Shown piece by piece: positions 48,464 through 58,321 of a stretch of 64,000 bases of DNA. Made by a program: the position numbers and the translations under genes. Origin of the DNA: Patescibacteria group bacterium (GTDB taxonomy: Bacteria > Patescibacteriota > Patescibacteriia > Magasanikbacterales > GWA2-37-8). The number at the start of each line of letters is the position of its first letter. The stretch's first letter is position 1. The notes under the pieces are model-generated. The model saw nothing but the letters and a program-made list of their open reading frames with translations, had not been told where the DNA came from and searched no databases. The stretch is taken from NCBI GenBank assembly GCA_041661385.1, contig JBAZUP010000001.1, forward strand, positions 7,382 to 71,381, given 5' to 3'.

Positions 48464-49801
48464 ATGATTGATAAAATTAGCGTTGCTTCCCTCGCCAGCG
48501 ATATGGGTATAGGGGGAGTCGCGAGAGAAATAGTTACAATAAACAAGAATCTGAATAAGGAATTCTTTAATCATTTTGTAATTTCAATGGGACCAAGAGA
48601 CGATGTCCGGTCGAAATATATTGATGAAGATAAAATTTTTTTTATTTCTAATCCCAAAGAAATAAGCCAAATATTGGAAGAAAATAAGATTAATGTTTTG
48701 TATGCGCACAGACATGGCAGAAACGAGGCAATCTACGACGCAATTGCCAAGGAAATTAGCGATAATGTAGCGCTTTTGGAAATGAATACCTTTAGTGTAT
48801 TGGACAAAGGATTTTTTGGCCAGCGATGTGAAAAACATGTTTTCGTTAGTCGGACTAATTTGTTAAAATATTGCGTCCAAAACAATATAAATTTTGATTT
48901 TAAAAAACTCAAGACGGTTTTTGGGTTGGTTGATTGTAATCGTTGGTTAGAAAATGTGCCTACAGAAACAGAGGTAAAAGAGTATAAAGAGAAACTGGGC
49001 CTGGAAGGAAATTTTGTGGTGGGTAGGGCGGCTAGACCGGTAATGGGAAAATGGGACGATGAGATGTTGGTAATGTGGAAAAGGCTTAGCAAGATGAACA
49101 ACAAAATTAAATTTTTAATTTATGGGGTTCCAGAGGAGCGAAAGCAATTGCTAATGGCTGCTGGCAAGGCCGAAAATTTGATAATGCTTGAACCAACATC
49201 TTCGGATAAAGAACTTAGACTTTTTTATTCTGCAATCGATGTCTTCGCTCATGATAGTAGGCTTGGGGAATGCGCCTGTGCAACAATTGCGGAGGCGATG
49301 CTTTTTAAAAAGCCGGTTGTAGTCAAATCTACTCCATTTCCTAGATTTACGTTGGGAAGAAGTCATACAAATGATAATGGTCAAATAGAGCAGATTAAAA
49401 ACGGAGAAAATGGCTATGTGGTTGTCGGTGGAGTTGCCATGGCCGAAGCGATTAACTATTTATATAACCACCAAGAAGAAGCCATACAGATGGGGGAAAA
49501 AAATAATAGAGAAGTTTTAGATAAATATAATGCCAAAATAGGCATAAAAACCTTTGAAAAAATATTTATTGATAGTGTTTTAGATAAAAAAATTGACGTA
49601 GCGTCTAATATTTTCGCCTATTACAATTCCAATAATTTTTTTCCGGACGAACACAGTACGAGAGACTGGTTTAAGGAATATTATAGGCGGCTTGAAGATA
49701 TCTTCGGTAAGGAGTATTCTAGTTCTGTCTCGGAAAAATGTTTGTTGTATTATTTGAAATATAAGAGAAAATTTGAAACATTGCTAAAAAAAGTACTATG
49801 A
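48464..49801 (+). CDS. putative glycosyltransferase (GT4-like GT-B fold)
   Basis: C-terminal region ATIAEAMLFKKPVVVKSTPFP resembles the GT4 nucleotide-sugar binding motif. 445 aa. Confidence 0.45.
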   Translation: MIDKISVASLASDMGIGGVAREIVTINKNLNKEFFNHFVISMGPRDDVRSKYIDEDKIFFISNPKEISQILEENKINVLYAHRHGRNEAIYDAIAKEISDNVALLEMNTFSVLDKGFFGQRCEKHVFVSRTNLLKYCVQNNINFDFKKLKTVFGLVDCNRWLENVPTETEVKEYKEKLGLEGNFVVGRAARPVMGKWDDEMLVMWKRLSKMNNKIKFLIYGVPEERKQLLMAAGKAENLIMLEPTSSDKELRLFYSAIDVFAHDSRLGECACATIAEAMLFKKPVVVKSTPFPRFTLGRSHTNDNGQIEQIKNGENGYVVVGGVAMAEAINYLYNHQEEAIQMGEKNNREVLDKYNAKIGIKTFEKIFIDSVLDKKIDVASNIFAYYNSNNFFPDEHSTRDWFKEYYRRLEDIFGKEYSSSVSEKCLLYYLKYKRKFETLLKKVL

Positions 49802-50517
49802 AAGCGATGATTTTGGCTGCGGGCGAGGGGGTCCGACTTCGCCCCCTTACAAACAATATTCCTAAAGTAATGGTCAAAATTGATGGTAAACCTCTTTTGG
49901 AACACAATGTGAATTTAGTCCGTAGTTATGGGGTGCGGGAGATAATTACCAATGTTCATTACAAGCCAGAAATTATAAGTAATTATTTTCAAGACGGAGA
50001 CAAGTTTGGCGTATCTATTTTCTATTCTAAAGAAAAAGAACTCCTGGGCAGTGCCGGCGGAATAAAAAAGGTTGCCAACAAATTAAATAAAACGTTTTTT
50101 GTTTTGTATGGTGACAACTTAAGCAACTGCAACCTAAAAGATCTTCTCACAACTCACAAGAAGAATAAAACTATTTGTACCCTAGTAATTTTTGATAAGA
50201 TTAAGAATAAAAACACTGGTAAAGGTGGAGGTAGAATTTTGTTAAATAAGGATAAAACAGTTAGACAATTTATTGAGAATGGAGAAGAAATCAGTAATTT
50301 TTGCAATGCGGGAATCTATGTGCTTGAACCGGAAATATTTAAGTATATTCCTAATGGAAAAAAATTTGATTTTGGTAATGATGTTTTCCCTTTGCTTCTG
50401 AAGCGCAATATTAAAATAGGTACCTACAAATTAGGTAAAAAAGGGTATCTTTATGCGTGTGATACTATGAAGTACTACCGACAAACACAAGATTTTTTTA
50501 AACATAATGTATTATAG
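49798..50517 (+). CDS. sugar-1-phosphate nucleotidyl(guanylyl)transferase
   Basis: MILAAGEGVRLRPLTNNIPKVMV NTP-transferase motif. Paralog of 55356-56078. Confidence 0.8.
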   Translation: MKAMILAAGEGVRLRPLTNNIPKVMVKIDGKPLLEHNVNLVRSYGVREIITNVHYKPEIISNYFQDGDKFGVSIFYSKEKELLGSAGGIKKVANKLNKTFFVLYGDNLSNCNLKDLLTTHKKNKTICTLVIFDKIKNKNTGKGGGRILLNKDKTVRQFIENGEEISNFCNAGIYVLEPEIFKYIPNGKKFDFGNDVFPLLLKRNIKIGTYKLGKKGYLYACDTMKYYRQTQDFFKHNVL

Positions 50518-50591
50518 GGGCTTTGCCCATATAAACTCATTCGTTTGAAAATATTTCAGCAAGCTAAATATTTTACTCACTCATTTCGTTT
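50513..50591 (+). promoter_or_regulatory. conserved inter-operon element, copy 2
   Basis: tataggggctttgcccatata palindrome + ttttactcactcatttcgtttATG leader, matching 29322-29396. Confidence 0.4.
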
Positions 50592-51584
50592 ATGATTTTA
50601 ACCAGAACGCCACTGAGAATTCCTCTCGGCGGAGGGGGGACCGACCTTCCGACTTTTTATCAACAGCACGGTGGATTTGTGTTTAGTGCAGCTATTGATA
50701 AGTATATGTACATAAGCATTGTTCGGCCAATTTTGGATTCGTTAGTTCGTATCAAATATTCGCGCACCGAGGTTGTAGAAAATGTGACACAGGTGAAGAA
50801 TCAGTTGGCACAAGCAGCTTTGGAATATTATGGAATCAAAGATAAAATTGAAATTACATCAACGGCCGATGTGCCGGCGGGGACGGGAATGGGTTCGTCT
50901 GGGTCATATTTGGTTGGGCTTTTAAAAGGACTCCAAGCATTAACGCGCCAGAGTTCCAGTGTTCAAGAGTTGGCGGAATTGGCTTGCCATATTGAAATTG
51001 ATTTATTGCGCAAACCCGTCGGTAAACAGGATCAATATTTAGCTGCGTATGGTGGTTTTACGGTACTGAATATAGATAAAAATGGGTTAGTGCAGGTCTC
51101 GGAGGCAGCCGTATCTCATGAAATAGCCGAAGAATTGCAGAGTAAATTATTATTATTTTTTACCGGCATAACTCGTGATGCTATGGTTATTCTGAGCGAG
51201 CAAGGTGTTGCGGTAGAAAAAAAAGAAAGCGATGTTACAAAATCTTTGTTGCGGATTAAGGAAATTGGTCTGGAAATAAAAAGCTCCATCGAAGCTGGAA
51301 ATTTGGATAATTTTGGCAGATTAATGGATGAGCATTGGAAGGTGAAAAAAACCATGTCCACAAAAATGTCTGATCCAAACATGGATAGGCTTTATGAATT
51401 AGCCAAAGAGCGAGGAGCTTTGGGTGGTAAAATTATGGGGGCGGGCGGCGGCGGATTTTTTGTATTTTATTGTCCAGGAGAAAAAGAGAAAAAAGGTGTA
51501 CGTGATATTATGAAGTTAAATGGTCTGGTGGAAATGCCGTTTAGTTTTGAAAAAGAGGGGGCAAAAACGCTGGTCGGTTTTTAA
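50592..51584 (+). CDS. hddA: GHMP-family sugar kinase (D-glycero-alpha-D-manno-heptose 7-phosphate kinase HddA-like)
   Basis: PLRIPLGGGGTDLPTFY N-terminus and GMGSSGS ATP motif. Neighbourhood with gmhA/gmhB/hddC. Confidence 0.7.
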   Translation: MILTRTPLRIPLGGGGTDLPTFYQQHGGFVFSAAIDKYMYISIVRPILDSLVRIKYSRTEVVENVTQVKNQLAQAALEYYGIKDKIEITSTADVPAGTGMGSSGSYLVGLLKGLQALTRQSSSVQELAELACHIEIDLLRKPVGKQDQYLAAYGGFTVLNIDKNGLVQVSEAAVSHEIAEELQSKLLLFFTGITRDAMVILSEQGVAVEKKESDVTKSLLRIKEIGLEIKSSIEAGNLDNFGRLMDEHWKVKKTMSTKMSDPNMDRLYELAKERGALGGKIMGAGGGGFFVFYCPGEKEKKGVRDIMKLNGLVEMPFSFEKEGAKTLVGF

Positions 51585-51607
51585 TTTAATCCTAGTAGTT
51601 TTGTTAT

Positions 51608-52357
51608 ATGAAAGAGAATAAACCTTATTCTGCGGAATACGCAAACAACATGGAGCTTCGCCGGTATTTCTCTGACCTTGCCTTGAGTCATTTAAGTTTA
51701 ATTAGATTACATAGCGAAAGCGGGCATTTGCCTAGCCTGAAAAATTTAACGCCGGAACAGATAGTGGCAAATATTGAATCAAGCGGACAAGAAGATTGGT
51801 CAAATGTGGTACGGCATTGCTTGGCTGAAGCTGGCGCGGCAGACGCCTTGGCAAATTTATTAGGTTTGTCTGAAGAAGAAAAAGAAGATTTGGTTCAGGC
51901 GGCTATTTTGCATGATTTTGATAAAAGAATTGAAATAGAAACTCTAAGTGGTACTCAGGGAAAATATACGCAGGCCGCGGCAGAGTTTAAATTGGTAAGC
52001 AAGGAAACTTTGCAAAAGAAAGGAATAAAACCGGAAATTATTAATATTATTAACGTGATTGGCGATGTTGATGGTATTCAAAACGAAAATACAAATTTGT
52101 CGCAGAAAATCATGTTTTACATTGACAATATTACCGATGAGACTAATTTGGTAGGTGTAAAAGTTAAGCGTGGCCGCCTAGTTAAACGCTATCCAAAATT
52201 TGCTGAAGAAAATGAATATATGGATAAATGGGTGAGCAGCACCGAAGCGGTGCAGAAAGAGCTTGCCGAGAAGATAGGTTTACCCAACCCAGAAGAATTA
52301 CCCGATTTTATTTTAACAAAAATCAAGCAGTTGGCCGCAGAACAATCTCATAAATAA
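51608..52357 (+). CDS. HD-domain protein (putative metal-dependent phosphohydrolase)
   Basis: H...HD metal motif (VVRHCLAEAG ... AAILHDFDK). Confidence 0.4.
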   Translation: MKENKPYSAEYANNMELRRYFSDLALSHLSLIRLHSESGHLPSLKNLTPEQIVANIESSGQEDWSNVVRHCLAEAGAADALANLLGLSEEEKEDLVQAAILHDFDKRIEIETLSGTQGKYTQAAAEFKLVSKETLQKKGIKPEIINIINVIGDVDGIQNENTNLSQKIMFYIDNITDETNLVGVKVKRGRLVKRYPKFAEENEYMDKWVSSTEAVQKELAEKIGLPNPEELPDFILTKIKQLAAEQSHK

Positions 52358-52372
52358 GCTTGATAATAAAAG

Positions 52373-52399
52373 CGCGAGATAGGGAGGACCTATCTCGCG
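52373..52399. terminator. bidirectional terminator hairpin between convergent genes
   Basis: cgcgagatagg-gagga-cctatctcgcg, an 11-bp stem. Confidence 0.6.
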
Positions 52400-52407
52400 T
52401 ACTACAT

Positions 52408-53943
52408 TTATTTTGCAAGGCGTTGATCGCCAATCTCTCTTTCTTTACGTCGCCGTTTGTAGTCTTCGGTATTCACCGTTTCCCACGCCCAATCGCGCAG
52501 TATGACCACTTCCTCCGGCGGCACTATTGTATTTTTCATTACAGCATTTTTCCAATTCATCGTGTCCGGATCGAAATCCGGCGATAAATGGCCTCCTTTT
52601 ATTGCAATGCTGTAAAGTTTGCTCCCAGGGAACGGGATGGGAATGAAGAATGTTACGTGTCTCGCGCCAGCGTCGATGAGTTTTTTTGCGAGCTCAACAG
52701 TCTCATTCATTTCAGCTTTCGTTTCATCGGGGAACCCAATCATCATATTGACGGGGCAGTTGATCCCGATTTTCACGGCTTCGCGCACTAGTTCAAGCAC
52801 GTTGAGCTTGTCATGACGAAGTTTGGACGAGGCGTATTTGTCCAGAATGCGTTGATTTCCAGATTCAACCGGAAAGACGATTTCATTAAATCCGGCCGCA
52901 CTCAGGATTTCCAAATATTCCACGTCTGGCTTTAGTCGCCCAGTTGAGGTCGGGATACCAAAGTGGACGAGGTTTACGCCGTTTATACCGCTAATCTTCA
53001 GTCCGAGACCCGCGAGGCGATGAAAAAGGTCTTTGATTCGAGCTTTTTTGGCGAGGAGACTATCATCCTCAATGTAGAGGTGGGTTACTCCAAGCGCCAA
53101 CAGTATCTTTAGTTCCTCCATAACGCGGTCGATGGATTTGAAACGCAACGAACCAGTACCACCAGTGAGGGAGTCCGTCTCACGCTCTTCACTGATATGA
53201 CAGTAAGCGCAATGAAATGGACAGCCACGGGAGGTCATGATTGAGGCGTAACGCTCTCGTTGATCGGTCATGGGGACGCTGCTGTGGGGGCTGTTGATCT
53301 CGTCATACTTGGCAAATGGCAGCAGATCCCATGCAGGAATCGGCAGCTCATCAAGATTACTCGAGATCAAATTCGGCGTCACCGGACGAGTTATGACGGA
53401 TCCCTTGTGAAGATACTTAATTCCGTCAACTTTGTCGAACGAGGAATTTTGCTGCCAGGCGCGGACGAGATTAACGATAATTTTTTCACCCTCGGTAAGG
53501 ACTACAACGTCCACCAAGCGGCTTGCAAAGAATCGTTCTGACAGCGCGCGGGCATTAACACCACCTGCGATAACCAAGGTATTTGGGTTTACTTCCTTAG
53601 CAATTTTGGCCACCTCCAGAGCCATATTGGTCTGGGGCGTAAAGTTGTTGCTGATGCCCACTATATCGTAGCTACCTTTGGTAAAATATTCCCGCAAGCG
53701 ATCCGCGGTCATACCAATACGCGTAAGGCCGTTTGGCAGAAGAACACGGTTGTGGAATGTATTACTAAGGTAGTCTTCATTTGTTCCAACTGAAGCGTCC
53801 AACAAATCAACTTCAAATCCTGCTCGACGAAGGGCGCCGGCAAGGTACAATGGGCCGAGCGAGCCATCCGGTCGTGGCATTTCAATTGCCATTAGTTGAT
53901 TGGGTGGATAGACCAAAAGAATCTTCGGTTGAAGCTTTGACAT
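52408..53943 (-). CDS. B12-binding (class B) radical SAM enzyme
   Basis: N-terminal cobalamin-binding Rossmann-like domain, then radical SAM core with CPFHCAYCH (CxxxCxxC). Confidence 0.85.
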   Translation of the reverse strand: MSKLQPKILLVYPPNQLMAIEMPRPDGSLGPLYLAGALRRAGFEVDLLDASVGTNEDYLSNTFHNRVLLPNGLTRIGMTADRLREYFTKGSYDIVGISNNFTPQTNMALEVAKIAKEVNPNTLVIAGGVNARALSERFFASRLVDVVVLTEGEKIIVNLVRAWQQNSSFDKVDGIKYLHKGSVITRPVTPNLISSNLDELPIPAWDLLPFAKYDEINSPHSSVPMTDQRERYASIMTSRGCPFHCAYCHISEERETDSLTGGTGSLRFKSIDRVMEELKILLALGVTHLYIEDDSLLAKKARIKDLFHRLAGLGLKISGINGVNLVHFGIPTSTGRLKPDVEYLEILSAAGFNEIVFPVESGNQRILDKYASSKLRHDKLNVLELVREAVKIGINCPVNMMIGFPDETKAEMNETVELAKKLIDAGARHVTFFIPIPFPGSKLYSIAIKGGHLSPDFDPDTMNWKNAVMKNTIVPPEEVVILRDWAWETVNTEDYKRRRKEREIGDQRLAK

Positions 53944-54104
53944 GGCTATCTCCTTGTTGTGAAGGTTGTTTCGATTGTATGTTGGTTTTTAGTAAAAGTC
54001 AAGGGTAATACCCCGCCTGAATTTAAATTCCAAATTGTCAAATTTAGGGTCAGTTTTTAGCTTATTTATCAGAAAAGACAATTTATTGGTACAAGTATTT
54101 TTTA

Positions 54105-54133
54105 TTGACTTTTTTGACTAAAAAAGTTATATT
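54105..54133 (+). promoter_or_regulatory. sigma70 promoter for the gmhA operon (TTGACT-17 nt-TATATT)
   Basis: TTGACT at 54105-54110, TATATT at 54128-54133, ~40 nt upstream of the gmhA ATG. Confidence 0.5.
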
Positions 54134-54173
54134 AGTATTGATTAAAATAGTTGTATTTTCTTTAAAGAAGCTT

Positions 54174-54779
54174 ATGACAAGTATAGATTATATATCAACT
54201 TATCTATCTGGGGTTAGCGAAATTGCAAAGAAAATTGATAAGGATGCGATCGAAAGGGCCGTCAGTTTGATTTTTGAGACCAGAAAACGCAGTGGCAGGT
54301 TATTTATTCTCGGAGTCGGTGGAAGCGCCGGAAATGCGGGTCATGCGGTTAATGATTTCAGAAAATTAGTTGGTATTGAAAGCTATGCCCCAACGGACAA
54401 TGTTTCGGAGTTAACAGCCAGAACAAATGATGATGGTTGGGATACGGTTTTTGTAAACTGGTTAAGAGGCAGTAGGTTGAAATCGGAGGATTGTATTTTG
54501 GTATTGTCGGTAGGTGGTGGAAATGAGGAGAAAAATATTAGTGGTAATATTGTTAAAGCATTGAAATTCGCTAAAGAAGTGGGTTGCAGTGTTTTGGGTA
54601 TTGTTGGTCGTGACGGAGGTTATACTGCTAAAGTTGCGAATGTTACGGTTCTCATTCCGATTTATAGCCCTGAAACCGTTACTCCTCTCTCAGAGGCATA
54701 TCAGGCGGTGGTGTGGCATCTGCTTGTTTCAAGTCCAGCCTTGAAGGTTCAAGAAGCAAAGTGGGAGTCAGTGAAATAG
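54174..54779 (+). CDS. gmhA: phosphoheptose isomerase (SIS domain)
   Basis: LGVGGSAGNAGHAVNDF SIS motif. ~200 aa. ATG at 54174; the track's start at 54105 is a TTG inside the promoter. Confidence 0.85.
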   Translation: MTSIDYISTYLSGVSEIAKKIDKDAIERAVSLIFETRKRSGRLFILGVGGSAGNAGHAVNDFRKLVGIESYAPTDNVSELTARTNDDGWDTVFVNWLRGSRLKSEDCILVLSVGGGNEEKNISGNIVKALKFAKEVGCSVLGIVGRDGGYTAKVANVTVLIPIYSPETVTPLSEAYQAVVWHLLVSSPALKVQEAKWESVK

Positions 54780-54781
54780 TT

Positions 54782-55351
54782 ATGAGTAATAAGGCAATAT
54801 TTTTAGATAGAGATGGCACAATTATAAAGCATGTCGAGCTAATGCACTCCGTTGACGATTTGCGTTTATTGCCTGGTTCCGCAAGTGCAATCAATACGTT
54901 TAATCGATTGGGGTATTTGGTGATTATCGTTACTAACCAGCCAGTAGTGGCGCGAGGTATAGTCGAACCAAAGGAGATTGATAAAATACACGAAGTCTTA
55001 ATAGAAAGATTGCACGGTAGGGGGGCGCACATTGATCGAGTATATTTTTGTCCGCACCACCCAGAAGCGACTGTTTCGGAATATCGATTGCGGTGTCTGT
55101 GTCGTAAACCTGAACCCGGTATGATTTTGGAAGGTTTAAAAAGTCTAAATATAAATCCTGATCAAAGTTTCATGATTGGTGACGCCTTGATTGATGTGGT
55201 CTCTGGGAAAAAAGCCGGTTTAAAAACAATTTTAGTAAAATCCGGTCCTGGACATGCGCGTTTGGACGAAAAATTTAATGATATAAAATCCGATTTTACC
55301 GTTAATACTTTGCTTCAAGCGGCGAAAATAGTAATGGCTAATACTATTTAA
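54782..55351 (+). CDS. gmhB: D,D-heptose 1,7-bisphosphate phosphatase (HAD)
   Basis: AIFLDRDGTII HAD motif I. Cys-rich zinc site (CPHHPEA...CLCRKP). 189 aa. Confidence 0.8.
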   Translation: MSNKAIFLDRDGTIIKHVELMHSVDDLRLLPGSASAINTFNRLGYLVIIVTNQPVVARGIVEPKEIDKIHEVLIERLHGRGAHIDRVYFCPHHPEATVSEYRLRCLCRKPEPGMILEGLKSLNINPDQSFMIGDALIDVVSGKKAGLKTILVKSGPGHARLDEKFNDIKSDFTVNTLLQAAKIVMANTI

Positions 55352-55355
55352 TTTT

Positions 55356-56078
55356 ATGGCGAGCATAAAACAAGCCGTTATATTATGCGCCGGCCTAGGA
55401 ACTCGTTTGCGACCGCTTACTGACACCCTGCCAAAACCCATGATACCATTTTTGGATAAACCGCTTTTGGAATGGAATATCGAAAAGTTTAAGAAGCACG
55501 GAGTAAGAGAATTTTTTATAAATCTATTTTACTTGCCGGATGTTATCCGGGATTATTTTGGAGATGGCGCAAAGTGGGGTGTTAAAATAAATTATTTTCA
55601 AGAGAAAAAAATCTTGGGGACTGCTGGGGGGGTAAAAAACTTCGCTAGTAAGTTGAATCAAAATTTTTTTTTAATTTACGGTGATATACTAAGCTTGGTG
55701 GATTATTCCAAAATGGCCGGCCGATTTTCTGAATACTCAGACGCCATCGGTATGCAGATAATGCAGAGAACAGATAATTATGTTGATGCTGATGTGGCCG
55801 AACTGGCAAAAGATGGCAGCTTTACGAAAATACATCCAAAACCGCACAGCGAGAAGTATTCAAATGCGTATCGCATGAAAGGAGTGTTTATTTTGAGTAA
55901 AGAAATTCTAGATTATATTCCAGTAGATACTTTTTACGAAATTGGAAAGCAACTTTTGCCCAATGTGGTAAGTGCTGGAAAAAGATTTTATAGTTACGAG
56001 TGTGCAGATTATACTAAGGGTATTGATACGATGGATAAGTACCGGGAAGTGGAAGAGTACTTAAGGAAAAGTATTTAA
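55356..56078 (+). CDS. sugar-1-phosphate nucleotidyltransferase (heptose/mannose-1-P guanylyltransferase-like, HddC candidate)
   Basis: AVILCAGLGTRLRPLTDTLPKPMI. Confidence 0.8.
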   Translation: MASIKQAVILCAGLGTRLRPLTDTLPKPMIPFLDKPLLEWNIEKFKKHGVREFFINLFYLPDVIRDYFGDGAKWGVKINYFQEKKILGTAGGVKNFASKLNQNFFLIYGDILSLVDYSKMAGRFSEYSDAIGMQIMQRTDNYVDADVAELAKDGSFTKIHPKPHSEKYSNAYRMKGVFILSKEILDYIPVDTFYEIGKQLLPNVVSAGKRFYSYECADYTKGIDTMDKYREVEEYLRKSI

Positions 56079-56088
56079 TTGAAATTTC

Positions 56089-57054
56089 ATGAAGTTGTCA
56101 AAAATAAACAAACCAAGAATTCTTTTGGTCGGAGCCGGAAAATTTGGCTGGAAACACCTGCTTGTTTGGCAAAAGCTCGCTAGTCGTGGTTTGGTTACTT
56201 TTGTTGGTGTGGTTGTGAGGGATCCGGTTATAAGAAAGAAAGTCGGCGCTCTTAAAGTGCCGGTATTCTCGAAATTAACTGATGAAATTTTAAAGACTGT
56301 TGACGCTGTTGATATTGTGACTCCAGCGGGCACCCATTTTGATTTGGCAAAAGAATGTTTGATTCATACCAATGTTTTTTTGGAGAAACCGATGACTTTA
56401 TCAGCTCAGGAAGCCCGGGAACTCAACCAGATTGCGGCAGAAAAAAACCGTTATCTGGCACTCGGCCATATATATCGTTTCAATGGTGCTATTCAAAAAT
56501 TAAAAAAAATAATGGCCGCGAGTCCCACCAAACCATTTTTTATAGAATCTACCTTCGTCGATATACCGTCAAAGTTGCCTAACGATTGCGGCATCCTATT
56601 TTCCGATTTACACGGTTTTGATATTTTAGATTATCTGTTGGAATCGTCGCCAGAGTTAATTTACGCAATCGGCAGTCGTCGAAGTGCAACTGAGCGCTTT
56701 GAAAACAACGCAACTGTTTTACTTCGTTATCCAAATCATGTTGATGCCGTGGTAAAACTCAGTTGGACCGCAGTACCCAAAACTCGTTCAATGACGATTC
56801 TGTTTCCCGATAAGAGAATTTTTGTTGATCTTGCGGATCAAATCATTACAGTTACCACGTTGCGAGGTATAAAGAAGATTGGCTGCTTTAAAACCATGCC
56901 ACTTGAGGCCGAACTCGCAAATTTTGTGGAAGTTTTAAAAAATAAGCCGGTAGTATATGCAGATGGAACGGTAGGACTCAGGCTCGTCCATCTCACCAAG
57001 GAGATAGAACGTTCATATCGGGAAAACCGGCCAATTTCATTTCATTCTTTGTAA
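56089..57054 (+). CDS. Gfo/Idh/MocA-family NAD(P) oxidoreductase
   Basis: N-terminal Rossmann ILLVGAGKFGWKHL and EKP motif (FLEKPM). Confidence 0.7.
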   Translation: MKLSKINKPRILLVGAGKFGWKHLLVWQKLASRGLVTFVGVVVRDPVIRKKVGALKVPVFSKLTDEILKTVDAVDIVTPAGTHFDLAKECLIHTNVFLEKPMTLSAQEARELNQIAAEKNRYLALGHIYRFNGAIQKLKKIMAASPTKPFFIESTFVDIPSKLPNDCGILFSDLHGFDILDYLLESSPELIYAIGSRRSATERFENNATVLLRYPNHVDAVVKLSWTAVPKTRSMTILFPDKRIFVDLADQIITVTTLRGIKKIGCFKTMPLEAELANFVEVLKNKPVVYADGTVGLRLVHLTKEIERSYRENRPISFHSL

Positions 57055-57071
57055 TCTATGTTATATATAAT

Positions 57072-58169
57072 ATGCAGCGACCACGAGTAGCCATTATAGG
57101 TGCTGGAATTTTCGGGATTAGTTGCGCTCTAGAGCTTGGAGAAACTTGCCAAGTTACCGTATATGAGCAAAACAGTGAAATTATGCGCGGAGGAACTTAT
57201 GGTAACCAGTATCGGCATCACTTTGGCTATCACTATCCGCGTAGCCCCGAAACCGTACGGCAATGCCAAGAAGCCGAAAAAGATTTTGTTGATCTCTGGG
57301 GCGAAGCGATTATTGGTGACTTTCCCGCCTACTATGCTATTGCTACTGAAGGTTCTAAAATAACGGCAGAGCAGTTCTTTGCTTTTTGTGAATCTCAAAA
57401 ACTTCCGTATGAAATAAGCTATCCGAGTCGGGATTTTTTGGATCGTAGTCATGTGGAGACTTGTGTTAAAACAAAAGAGCCAGTATATAATTATTCCCGT
57501 TTGTGTAAACTGGCTAGTGATAAAATCTTGTCTAATCCGCATATTCAGGTTAAAACGGGGAATACAGTAGTCGGTTGTGAGTTTAGTAAAGTGGATGATA
57601 CAAAGATTGTATTTGTAAAAACGGCGCAAGGAGATACATATCATGACTCGTTTGATTTTGTGATTAATGCAACCTACGCGAATCATAATCAGTTTTGCAA
57701 CTGGCTTGGTTTCGCCGTGCCTCCGATTGAGTTTAGGTTGAAGGAGCTTGTTGTTGTTGAGCTTCCTAAGCCAAAATTTCTTGCGGTAACGGTTATGGAC
57801 GGACCATTTGTGACGCTTGTTCCTATGGGGAAAGAGGGGAGGTATACCTTAGGAGACGTAGCGCGTTCTCTTCATGATGTAAAAATTTCTAATGATGGCC
57901 CGCCTTGGTCAAAAGCGGATATTGCCGGGCGAGTTTCCCGATTTCCTGAAATGCAAGAGAATGATCCGTTTTTTATCCCTGCCATCAAAGACGCTAAGTA
58001 TATCCAATCGATTTATTCAATTTTACCTATTCGCCCTAATTCCGACGCCACAGATGAGCGTATCACCTCGGTTACCAATCATGGACGAGGATGTTGGTCG
58101 GTGTTTGAAGGAAAAATTATTACATGCGTTACCGCCGCAAAAACAATTAAGCGAAATCTGCAAATGTAG
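57072..58169 (+). CDS. FAD-dependent oxidoreductase
   Basis: RVAIIGAGIFGISCALEL dinucleotide-binding motif. 365 aa. Confidence 0.65.
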   Translation: MQRPRVAIIGAGIFGISCALELGETCQVTVYEQNSEIMRGGTYGNQYRHHFGYHYPRSPETVRQCQEAEKDFVDLWGEAIIGDFPAYYAIATEGSKITAEQFFAFCESQKLPYEISYPSRDFLDRSHVETCVKTKEPVYNYSRLCKLASDKILSNPHIQVKTGNTVVGCEFSKVDDTKIVFVKTAQGDTYHDSFDFVINATYANHNQFCNWLGFAVPPIEFRLKELVVVELPKPKFLAVTVMDGPFVTLVPMGKEGRYTLGDVARSLHDVKISNDGPPWSKADIAGRVSRFPEMQENDPFFIPAIKDAKYIQSIYSILPIRPNSDATDERITSVTNHGRGCWSVFEGKIITCVTAAKTIKRNLQM

Positions 58170-58321
58170 TGGTCGGTGGTTCATTTGCAAAAGCTGGGAG
58201 TTCTGCTAGAATTCATTCCAAAGGACAAACCGAAAAAAACTAAAATGTTGAATCTTGCGAAAAGTGTATTAATTATTAGTAATAGGAATACCTTAGAAAA
58301 ATATTTAATTAATAATTTTGT

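Noticed and set aside
52360-52816. Short + strand ORFs (52360-52587, 52588-52791, 52619-52816) opposite the radical SAM gene
   Set aside because: Entirely antisense to a well-supported 511-aa rSAM CDS. No homology or start signals.
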